The position numbers and the translations under genes were made by a program. A DNA stretch of 64,000 nucleotides, from NCBI RefSeq assembly GCF_009914755.1, contig NC_060933.1. One strand, given 5' to 3'. This document shows positions 28,591 to 40,700 of the stretch, piece by piece. The notes under the pieces were generated by a model, which saw only the letters and a list, made by a program, of their open reading frames with translations, did no database searches and was not told the origin of the DNA. The number at the start of each line of letters is the position of its first letter. The first letter of the stretch is position 1. The stretch is from the human T2T-CHM13v2.0 reference genome, Homo sapiens.

Positions 28591-31500
28591 TGGAATGCAA
28601 TGGATTCAACTCGATTGCAATGGAATGGAATAGGATGGAATGGAATGGAATGGAATGGAATGGAATTAACCCGAATAGAATGGAATGGAATGGAATGGAA
28701 TGGAATTAACCCGATTAGAATGGAATGGAATGTAATTGAACGGAATGGAATGGAATGGAATGGAATGGAATGGAATGGAATCAACCCGACTGCAGGGGAA
28801 TGGAATGGAATGGAATGGAATGGAATGGAATGGAATGGAATGGAATCATCCGGAACGGAATGGAATGGAATGGAATGGAATCAACTCGATTGCAATGGAA
28901 TGGAATGGAATGGAATGGAATCGAATGGAATGGAATGGAATTAACCGGAATAGAATGGAATGGAATGGAATGGAATGGAATGGAATGGAATGGAATGGAA
29001 TCAATTCGAGTGCTGGGGAATGGAATGGAATGGAATGCAATGGAATGGAATCATCCGGAATGGAATGGAATGGAATGGAATGCAATCAACCTGATGCAAT
29101 GGAATGGAGTGGAATGGAATGGAATGGAAACATCCCGAATGGAATGGAATGTAATGGAGTGTAAGGGAATTGAATAGAATCAATCCGAATGTAATGGAAT
29201 GGAATGGAATGAAATGGAATGGAATGGAATGGAATGGAATCAACCCGAGTGCAATGGAATGGATTCGAATGGAATGGAATGGAATGGATTCAACAAGAAT
29301 GGAATGGAAAGGAATGGAATCAACCCGAGTGTAATGGCATGGAAAGGAACGGAATGGAATGGGATGGAATGGAATGGTACGGAATAGAATGGAATGGAAT
29401 GAAATGGAATAGAATGGAATGGAATGGAATGGAATGGAATGGAATGGAATGGAATGGAATGGATTGAACACGTGTGCAATGGAATGGAATGGAATGGAAT
29501 GGAATGGATTCACCTCGAATGGAATCCACTCGATTGCAATGGAATGGAATGGAATTATAAGGAATAGAATGGAATCAACCCGAGTGGAATGGAATGGAAA
29601 GGACTGGAATAGAGTGGAATGGAATGGAATGGAATTAACCCGAATAGAATGAAATGGAACGGAATGGAATGGAATGTAATGGAATGGAATGGAATGGAAT
29701 CAACCCGAGTGCAGGGGAATGGAATGGAATGGAATGCAATGGAATGAAATCATCCGGAATGGAATTTAATGGAATGGAATGGAATGGAATTCAATGGAAT
29801 GGAATCATCCGGAATGGAATGGAATGGAATGGAATGGAATGGAATGGAATGGAATGGAATGGAATCAACCCGAGTGCAATGGAATGGAGAGGAATGGAAT
29901 GGAATGGAATGGAAACTACACGAATGGAATGGAATGTAATGGAGTGTAAGGGAATTGAATAGAATGAATCCGAATGGAATGGAATGGAATGGAATGGAAA
30001 GGAATGGAATGGAATGGAATGGAATGGAATGGAATGGAATGGAATGCAATGCCATGGAATCAACCCGAGTGCAATCGAATGGAATCGAATGGAATGGAAT
30101 GCAATGGAATGGATTCAACTTGAATGGAATGGAAAGAATGGAATCAACACGAGTGGAATGGCATGGATTGGAATGGAATGGAATGGAATCAACCCGAGTA
30201 CAAGGGAATGGAATGGAATGGAATGAAATGGAATGGAATCATCCGTAATGTAATGGAAAGGAATGGAATGGAATGGAATGGAATGGAATGGATTCAACTC
30301 GATTGCAATTGAATGGAATGGAATGGAATTAACCCGAATAGAATGGAATGGAATGGAATGGAATGGAACGGAACGGAATGGAATGGAATGGAATGGAATG
30401 GAACGGAACGGATCGGAATGGAATGGAATGGAATGGAATGGAATGGAATGGAATGGAATCAACGCGAGTGCAGGGGAATGGAATGGAATGGAATGCAATG
30501 GAATGGAATCTTCCGGAATGGAATGGAATGGAATGGAATGGAATGGAATGGAATGGAATGGAATGGAATGGAATTAACCCGAATACAATGGAATGGAATG
30601 GAATGGAACGGAATGGAGTGGAATTGAATGGAATCAACCCGAGTGCAGGGGAATGGAATGGAATGGAATGCAATGGAATGGAATCATCCGGAATGGAATG
30701 GAATGGAATGGAATGCAAAGCAATGGAATCAACTCGATTGCAATGGAATGGAATGGAATGGAAAGGAGTACATTGGAATCAACCCGAGTGGAATGGAATG
30801 GAAAGGACTGGAATGGAGTGGAATGGAATGGAATGGAATGGAATGGAATCAACTCGATTGGAATGGAATGGAATGGAATGGAATGGAATGGAATGGAATG
30901 GAATGGAATTAACCCGAATAGAATGGAATGGAATGGAATGGAACGGAACGGAACGGAATGGAATGGAATGGAATGGAATGGAAAGGAATGGAATGGAATC
31001 AACCCGACTGCAGGGGAATGGAATGGAATGGAATGCAATGGAATGGATTCAACTTGAATGGAATGGAAAGAATGGAATCAACACGAGTGGAATGGCATGG
31101 ATTGGAATGGAATGGAATGGAATCAACCCGAGTACAGGGGAATGGAATGGAATGGAATGCAATGGAATGGAATCATCCGGAATGGAATGGAATGGAATGG
31201 AATTAACCCGAATACAATGGAATGGAATGGAATGGAATGGAATGGAATGGAGTGGAATGGAATGGAATTGAATGGAGTGGAATGGAATGGAATCAACCCG
31301 AGTGCAGGGGAATGGAATGGAATGCAATGCAATGGAATGGAATCATCCGGAATGGAATGGAATGGAATGGAATGCAAAGCAATGGAATCAACTCGATTGC
31401 AATGGAATGGAATGGAATGGAAAGGAATACATTGGAATCAACCCGAGTGGAATGGAATGGAAAGGACTGGAATGGAGTGGAATGGAATGGAATGCAATGG

Positions 31501-32040
31501 AATGGAATGGAATGGAATCAACTTGATTGGAATGGAATGGAATGGAATGGAATGGAATGGAATGGAATGGAATGGAATCAACCCGACTGCAGGGGAATGG
31601 AATGGAATGGAATGCAATGGAATGGATTCAACTTGAATGGAATGGAAAGAATGGAATCAACACGAGTGGAATGGCATGGATTGGAATGGAATGGAATGGA
31701 ATCAACCCGAGTACAGGGGAATGGAATGGAATGGAATGCAATGGAATGGAATCATCCGTAATGGAATGGAAAGGAATGGAATGGAATGGAATGGAATGGA
31801 ATGGAATCAACTCGATTGCAATCGAATGGAATGGAATGGAATTAACCCGAATAGAGTGGAATGGAATGGAATGGAACGGAACGGAATGGAATGGAATGGA
31901 ATGGAATGGAATGGAACGGAACGGAATGGAATGGAATGGAATGGAATGGAATCAACGCGAGTGCAGGGGAATGGCATGGAATGGAATGAAATGGAATGGA
32001 ATCTTCCGGAATGGAATGAAATTGAATGGAATGGAATGGA

Positions 32041-32150
32041 ATGGTATGGAATAAACCCGAGTGCAATGGAATGGAGTGGAATGGAATGGAATGGAATGGT
32101 ATGGAATAAACCCGAGTGCAATGGAATGGAGTGGAATGGAATGGAATGGA
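32041..32150 (+). repeat. 55-bp tandem duplication
   Basis: ATGGTATGGAATAAACCCGAGTGCAATGGAATGGAGTGG occurs at 32041 and 32096. Confidence 0.85.
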
Positions 32151-35100
32151 ATGGAACAACCAGAATGGAATGGAATGTAATGGAGAGTAAGGGAGTTGAA
32201 TAGAATCAATCCGAATGTAATGGAATGGAATGGAGCGGCATGGAATTGAATGGAATGGAATGGAATGCAATGGAATGGAAACTTCCGGAATGGAATGGAA
32301 TGGAATGGAATGGGATGAAATGCAATGGATTCAACTCGATTGCAATGGAATGGAATAGAACGGAATGGAATGGAATGGAATGGAATTAATCCGAATAGAA
32401 TGGAATGGAATGGAATGGGATTAACCTGAATAGAATGGAATGGAATGGAATGGAACGGAATGGAATGGAATGGAATGGAATGCAATGGAATGGAATGGAA
32501 CGGAATGGAATGGTATGGAATGGAATGGAATGGTACGGAATAGAATGGAATGGAACGAATTGTAATGGAATGGAATTGAATGGAATGGAATGGAATGGAA
32601 TGGAATCAACGCGAGCGCAGGGGAATGTAATGGAACGGAATGCAATGGTATGGAATCATCCGGAATGGAATGGAATGGAATGGAATGGAATGGAATGGAA
32701 TGGAATCAACCCGAGTGCAATGGAATGGAGTGGAATGGAATGGAATGGAATGGAACAACCCGAATGGAATGGAATGTAATGGAGAGTAAGGGAGTTGAAT
32801 AGAATCAATCGGAATCTAATGGAATGGAATGCAACGGAATGGAATGGAATGGAATGGAATGGAATGGCATGGAATGGAATGCAAAGGAATGGAATCAACC
32901 CGAGAGGAATGGCATGGAATGGAATGAAATGGAATGGAATGGAATGGAATCAACTCGAGTGGAAAGGAATGGAATGGAATGGAAAGGAATGGAATGAAAT
33001 CAACTCGAGTGGAATGGAATGGAATGGATTGGAATGGATTGCAATGGAATGAAATGGAATGGAATGGAATGGAATCAATCATTCCGAGTGGAATGGAAGG
33101 GAATGTAATGGAGTGGAAAGAAGGGAATGGAATCAACCCGATTGGAATGCAAGGCAATGGAATGGGATGGAAAGGAATGGAATGGAATCAACTCGATTGC
33201 AATAGAAGGGAATGCAATGGAATGGAACGGAATGGAATGGAATAGAAGGTAATGGAATCAACACGAGTGCAGGGGAATGGAATGGAATGGAATGCAATGG
33301 AATGGAATCATCCGGAATCGAATGGAATGGAATGGAATCAACTCCATTGCAATGGAATGGAATGGAATGGAATGGAATAGAATGGAATGGAATTAACCCG
33401 AATAGAATGGAATGAAATAGAATGGAATGGAACGGAACCGAATGGAGTGGAATGGAATGGAATGGAATCAACCTGAGTGCAGGGGAATGGAACGGAATGG
33501 AATGCAATGGAATGGAATCATCCGGAATGGAATGGAATGGAATGGAATGGAATCAAACCGAGTGCAATGGAATGGAGTGAAATGGAATGGAATGGAATGG
33601 AAACAACCAGAATGGATTGGAATATAATGGAGTGTTAGGGAATTGAATAGAATCAATCTGAATGTAATGAAATGCAATGGAACGGAATGGAATGGAATGG
33701 AATGGAATCGAATGGAATAGAATGGAATGGAATCAACCCGAGTGGAATGGCATGGAATGGAATGCAATGGAATGGAATGGAATGGAATGGAATAGTTCGG
33801 AATAGAATGGATTGGAACAAAATGGAATGGAATGGAATGGAATTGAATGGAATGGAATAGAATGGAATGGAATGGAATCAAGTCGATTGCAGTGGAATAG
33901 AATGGAATGGAATGGAAGGGATTGCAATGGAATGGAATGGAATGGAATGGAATTAAATGGAATGGAAAGGAATGGAATCAACCTGAGTGCAGGGGAAAGG
34001 AATGGAATGGAATGCAATGGAATGGAATGGAATGGAATGGAATGGAATGGAATGGAATGGAATCAACCCGAGTGGAATGGCATGGAATGGAATGCAAAAG
34101 AATGGAATGGAATGGAATGGAATCAACTCGAGTGGAAAGGAATGGAATGGAATGGAAAGGAATGGAATGAAATCAACTCGAGTGGAATGGAATATAATGC
34201 AATGGATTGGAATGGATTGCAATGGAATGAAATGGAATGGAATGGAATGGAATCAATCATTCCGAGTGGAATGGAAGGGAATGTGATGGAGTGGAAAGAA
34301 GGGAATGGAATCAAACCGAGTGGAATGCAAGGCAATGGAATGGAATGGAAAGGAATGGAATGGAATCAACTCGATTGCAATCGCATGGAATGGAATGGAA
34401 TGGAATGGAAAGGAATGGAATGGAATGAAATGGGATGGAATGGAATGCAATGGAATGGAATCAACCCGAGTGCAATCGAATGGAATTGAATGGAATGGAA
34501 TGCAATGGAATGGATTCAACTTGAATGGAATGGAAAGAATGGAATCAACACGAGTGGAATGGCATGGATTGGAATGGAATGGAATGGAATCAACCCGCGT
34601 ACAGGGGAATGGAATGGAATGGAATGCAATGGAATGGAATCATCCGTAATGGAAAGGAAAGGAATGGAATGGAATGGAATGGAATGGAATGGAATGGAAT
34701 CAACTCGATTGCAATCGAATGGAATGGAATGGAATTAACCCGAATAGAATGGAATGGAATGGAATGGAACGGAACGGAACGGAATGGAATGGAATGGAAT
34801 GGAATGGAATGGAATGGAACGGAAAGGAATGGAATGGAATGGAAGGGAATGGAATGGAATGGAATGGAATGGAATCAACGCGAGTGCAGGGGAATGGAAT
34901 GTAATGGAATGTAATGGAATGGAATCTTCCGGAATGGAATGGAATGGAATGGAATCAACCTGAGTGCAATGCAATGGAGTGGAATGGAATGGAATGGAAT
35001 GGAACAACCTGAATGGAATCGAATGTAATGGAGAGTAAGGGAGTTGAATAGAATCAATCCGAATGTAATGGAATGGAATGGAAGGGAATGGAATTGAATG

Positions 35101-35300
35101 GAATGGAATGGAATGCAATGGAATGGAATCAACCCGAGTGCAATGGAATGGAGAGGAAGGGAATGGAATGGAGTGGAAACTACCCGAATGGAATGGAATG
35201 TAATGGAGTGTAAGGGAATTGAATAGAATCAATCCGAATGTAATGGAATGGAATGGAACGGAATGGAATGGAATGGAATGGAATGGAAAGAAGGGAATGT

Positions 35301-35318
35301 AATCAACCCGAGTTGATT
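35301..35318. other. Satellite strand-switch (inversion) breakpoint with CGAGT microhomology
   Basis: The sequence is aatcaacccgagttgatt. The forward word AATCAACCCGAGT (35301-35313) overlaps the reverse word CGAGTTGATT (35309-35318) by CGAGT (35309-35313). Array polarity flips here and nowhere else in the window. Confidence 0.95.
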
Positions 35319-37752
35319 CCATGGCTTTGCATTCCGTTCCATTCCATTCCTTTTCATTGTATTCGGGTTAATTCCATTGCATTCCATTCCATTCCTTTCC
35401 ATTCCATTCCATTCCATTACAATGGAGTTGATTCCATTCCATTCCATTCCATTCCATTCCATTCCAGTCCTTTCCATTCCATTCCACTGGGGTTGATTCC
35501 ATTCTATTAGTTTCCATTCCATTCCATTCCCTTCCATTGCACTCTGGTTGATTCCATTCCTTTCCATTTCACTCGAATACATTCCCTCCTATTCCACTCG
35601 GAACGATTACATTCCATTCCATTCCATTCCATTCCATTCCATTCCCTTCCATTCCATTCCATTCCATTTCGTTCCATTCCATTCTATTCCGTACCATTCC
35701 ATTACATTCCATTCCATTCCATTCGATTCCATTCCACTCGTGTTGATTACATTCCTTTCCATTCCATTCAGTTTGAAGGCATTCCATTCCATTCAATTCC
35801 ATTCCATTCCATTCCATTCCATTCCATTCCATTCCATTGTACTCGGGTTGATTCCATTCCATTGCATTCTATTCCATTCCATTCCATTCCATTCCATTCC
35901 ATTCCATTCCGGATGATTCCATTCCATTGCATTCCATTCCATTCCATTCCCCTGCACTCGGGTTGATTACATTCCATTCCCTTCCCTTCCATTCCTTTCC
36001 ATTCCATTCCATTCCATTCTATTCGGGTGAATTCCATTCCATTCCATTCCATTCCATTCCATTCCATTCCATTCCATTGCAATCGAGTTGATTCCATTAC
36101 ATTCCATTCCATTCCGTTCCGGATGATTCCATTCCATTGCATTTCATTCCATTCCATTCCCCTGCAGTCGGTTTGATTCCTTTCCATTCCATTCCATTCC
36201 ATTCCATTCTATTCCATTCCATTCCATTCCATTCCATTCCATTCTATTCGGGTTAATTCCATTCCATTCCTTTCCATTCCATTCCAATCGAGTTAATTCC
36301 ATGCCATTGCATTCCATTCCACTCCATTCCAGTCCTTTCCATTCCATTCCACTCGGGTTGATTCCATTCTATTCCTTTCCATTCCATTCCATTGCAATCG
36401 AGATGATTCCATTGCATTGCATTCCATTCCATTCCATTCCATTCCGGATGATTCCATTCCATTGCATTCCATTCCATTCCATTCCCCTGCACTCGGGTTG
36501 ATTCCATTCCATTCCACTCCATTCCGTTCCATTGCATTCCATTCCATTGTATTCGGGTTAATTCCATTCCATTCCATTACATTCCATTCCATTCCATTCC
36601 ATTACAACCGAGTTGATTCCATTCCATTCCATTCCATTCCATTCCATTCCATTCCATTCCTTTCCATTCCATTCCACTCGGGTTGATTCCATTCTATTAG
36701 TTTCCATTCCATTCCATTCCCTTCCATTCCACTCTGGTTGATTCCATTCCTTTCCATTCCACTCGAATATATTCCCTCCTATTCCCTCGGAACAATTCCA
36801 TTCCATTCCATTGCATTCTATTCCATTCCATTTCGTTCCATTCCATTCTATTCCATACCATTCCATTCCATTCCATTCCATTCCATTCCATTCCACTCGT
36901 GTTGATTCCATTCCTTTCCATTCCATTCGGTTTGAAGCAATTCCATCCCATTCAATTCCCTTCCATTCCTTTCCATTCCATTTCGGATGATGCCATTCCA
37001 TTGCTTTCCATTCCATTCCATTCCCCTGTAATCAGGTTTATTCCATTCCATTCCATTGCAATCCATGCCATTCCACTCGTGTTGATTCCATTCTTTCCAT
37101 TCCATTCAAGTTGAATCCATTCCATTGCATTCCATTCCATTCGATTCCATTCGATTGCACTCGGGTTGATTCCATTCCATTCCATTCCATTCCATTCCAT
37201 TCCATTCCATTCCGTTCCATTCCATTCCATTACATTCGGATTGATTCTTTTTAACTCCCTTACTCTCCATTACATTCCATTCCATTCGGGTTCTTCCATT
37301 CCATTCCATTCCATTCCACTCCATTCCATTTCACTCGGGTTGATTCCATTCCATTGCATTCCATTCCATTCCATTCCATTCCATTCCATTCCATTCCATT
37401 CCGGATGATTCCATTCCATTGCATTCCGTTCTATTACATTCCCCTGCAATGGCGTTGATTCCATTCCATTCCATTCCATTCCATTCCATTCCATTCCATT
37501 CGATTCCATTCCATTCCAATTCGTTGCATTCCATTCTATTCCGTACCATTCCATTCCATTCCATAGCATTCCATTCCATTCCATTCCATTCCATTCCTTT
37601 CCATTCCGTTCTATTCCGTTCCATTCCATTCCATTCCATTCCATTCTATTAGGGTTAATTCCATTCCATTCCATTCCATTCCATTCCATTCCATTCCATT
37701 GCAATCGAGTTGAATCCATTGCATTCCATTCCATTCCATTCCATTCCATTCC

Positions 37753-40700
37753 ATTCCGGAAGATTCCATTCCATTGCATTCCATTCCATTCCATTCCATT
37801 CCATTCCCCTGCACTCGCGTTGATTCCATTCCATTCCATTCCATTCCATTCTTTTCCGTTCCATTCCATTCCATTCCATTCAATTCCGTTCCGTTCCACT
37901 CCATTCCATTCCATTCTATTCGGGTTAATTCCATTCCATTCCATTCGATTGCAATCGAGTTGATTCCATTCTATTCCATTCCATTCCATTCCATTCCATT
38001 CCATTCCATTCCATTCCATTCCGGATGATTCCATTCCATTGCATTCCGTTCCATTACATTCCCCTGCACTCGGGTTGATTCCATTCCATTCCATTCCATT
38101 CCATTCGATTCCATTCCATTCCAATTCTTTCCTTTCCATTCTATTCCGTACCATTCCATTCCATTCCATACCATTCCATTCCATTCCATTCCATTCCATT
38201 CCATTCCATTCCATTCCATTGCATTCCGTTCCATTCCGTTCCATTCCATTCCATTCCATTCGGATTCATTCTATTCAATTCCCTTACACTCCATTACATT
38301 ACATTCCAATCGGGTAGTTTCCATTCCATTCCATTCCATTCCTCTCCATTCCATTGCACTCGGGTTGATTCCATTCCATTCCATTCCATTCCATTCCATT
38401 CCATTCCATTCCATTCCGGATGATTCAATTCCATTGCATTCCATTCCATTCCATTCCCCTGCACTCGGGTTGATTCCATTCCATTCCATTCCATTCCATT
38501 ACATTCCGTTCCATTCCATTCCATTCCATTCCATTCTATTTCGTTCCATTCCATTCCATTACATTGGGATTGATTCTTTTCAACTCCCTTACTCTCCATT
38601 ACATTCCATTCCATTCGGGTTATTCCATTCCATTCCATTCCATTCCACTCCATTCCATTGCACTCGGGTTGATTCCATTCCATTCCATTCCATTCCATTC
38701 CATTCCATTGCATTCCCCTGCACTCGCGTTGATTCCATTCCATTCCATTCCATTCCATTCCATTCCATTCCATTCCATTCCTTTCCGTTCCATTCCATTC
38801 CATTCCATTCCATTCCATTCCATTCCGTTCCGTTCCATTCCATTCCATTCCATTCGATTGCAATCGAGTTGATTCCATTACACTCCATTCCATTCCATTC
38901 CATTCCATTCCATTCCATTCCTTTCCATTACATTTCGGATGATTCCATTGCATTTCATTCCATTCCATTCCATTCCCCTGTACTCGGGTTGATTCCATTC
39001 CATTCCATTCCAATCCATGCCATTCCACTCGTGTTGATTCCATTCTTTCCATTCCATTCAAGTTGAATCCATTCCATTGCATTCTATTCCATTCGATTCC
39101 ATTCGATTGCACTCGGGTTGATTCCATGGCATTGCATTCCATTCCATTCCATTCCATTCCATTCCATTCCATTCGGATTCATTCTATTCAATTCCCTTAC
39201 ACTCCATTACATTCCATTCCATTCGGGTAGTTTCCATTCCATTCCATTCCATTCCTCTCCATTCCATTGCACTCGGGTTGATTCCATTCCATTCCATTCC
39301 ATTCCATTCCGGATGATTCCATTCCATGGAATTCCATTCCATTCCATTCCCCTGCACTTGGGTTGATTCCATTCCATTCCATTCCATTCCTTTCTGTTCC
39401 ATTCTATTCCATTCCATTCCATTCTATTCTTGTTAATTCCATTCCATTCTATTCCATTCCATTCCATTGAAATCGAGTTGATTCCATTCCATTCCATTCC
39501 ATTCCATTCCATTCTGGATGATTCCATTCCATTGCATTCCATTCCATTCCATTCCCCTGCACTCGGGTTGATTCCGTTCCATTCCATTCCATTCCATTCC
39601 ATTCCATTCCATTCCATTCCATTCCGTTGCCTTCCATTCCATTACATTCGGATTGATTCTATTCAACTCCCTTACTCTCCATTCCATTCCATTCCATTCG
39701 GGTTGTTCCATTCCATTCCATTCCATTCAATTCCATTGCACTCGGTTTGATTCCATTCCATTCCATTCCATTCCATTCCATTCCATTCCATTCCATTCCG
39801 GATGATTCCATTCCATTGCATTCCGTTCCATTATATTCCCCTGCACTCGTGTTGATTCCATTCCATTCCATTCCATTCCATTCAATTCCATTCCATTACA
39901 ATTCGTTCCATTCCATTCTATTCCGTACCATTCCATTCCATTCCATACAATTCCATTCCATTCCATTCCATTCCATTCCATTCCATTCCGTTCCATTCCG
40001 TTCCATTCCATTCCATTCCATTCTATTCGGGTTAATTCCATTCCATTCCATTCCATTCCATTCTATTCCATTCCATTGCAATCGAGTTGAATCAATTGCA
40101 TTTCATTCCATTCCATTCCATTCCATTCCATTCCAGAAGATTCCATTCCATTGCATTCCATTCCATTCCTTTCCCCTGCACTCGCATTTATTCCATTCCA
40201 TTCCATTCCATTCTGTTCCATTCCATTCCGTTCCGTTCCGTTCCGTTCCATTCCATTCCATTCCATTCCGTTCCGTTCCATTCCATTCCATTCCATTCTA
40301 TTTGGGTTAATTCCATTCCATTCCATTCGATTGCAATCGAGTTGATTCCATTCCATTCCATTCCATTCCATTCCATTCAATTCCATTCCGTTCCATTCCA
40401 TTCCATTACATTCGGATTGATTCTATTCAACTCCCTTACTCTCCATTACATTCCATTCTATTCGGGTTGTTCCATTCCATTCCATTCCATTCCACTCCAT
40501 TCCATTGCACTCGGGTTGATTCCATTCCATTCCATTCCATTCCGCAAGATTCCATTCCATTGCATTCCATTCCATTCCATTCCCCTGCACTCGCGTTGAT
40601 TCCATTCCATTCCATTCCATTCCATTCCATTCCATTCCATTCCTTTCCGTTCCATTCCATTCCATTCCATTCCATTCCATTCCGTTCCTTTCCGTTCCAT

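Larger units (their letters stand above)
1232..34935 (+). promoter_or_regulatory. Dispersed perfect three-unit heat-shock elements (gGAAt-cTTCc-gGAAt), left arm, about 19 copies
   Basis: 15-mers matching nGAAnnTTCnnGAAn start at 1232, 2479, 5577, 9719, 12934, 16129, 19018, 19886, 22197, 25684, 26084, 26518, 27186, 27874, 28547, 30505, 31998, 32277 and 34921. The motif match is direct; HSF1 occupancy of these copies is inferred. Confidence 0.7.
1..35313 (+). repeat. Human Satellite III (HSat3) array, left arm, G-rich (GGAAT)n strand on +
   Basis: Continuous GGAAT pentamers with interspersed CAACCCGAGT/CAACCCGAAT 10-mers, the classical satellite 3 signature. No HSat2-type CATCATCGAATGGAAATG units and no 171-bp alpha-satellite periodicity seen. 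Confidence 0.97.

Noticed and set aside
35229-35582. ORFs crossing the junction that switch from MEWNG to HSIPF
   Set aside because: They only reflect the strand switch. They are useful as a marker of the breakpoint, not as genes.
30000-40600. Perfect fold-back palindrome centred on 35311 (sequencing or assembly chimera)
   Set aside because: Exact complementarity ends after 7 bp and the module order differs on the two sides, so it is not a simple mirror artefact. Read-level confirmation is still needed.
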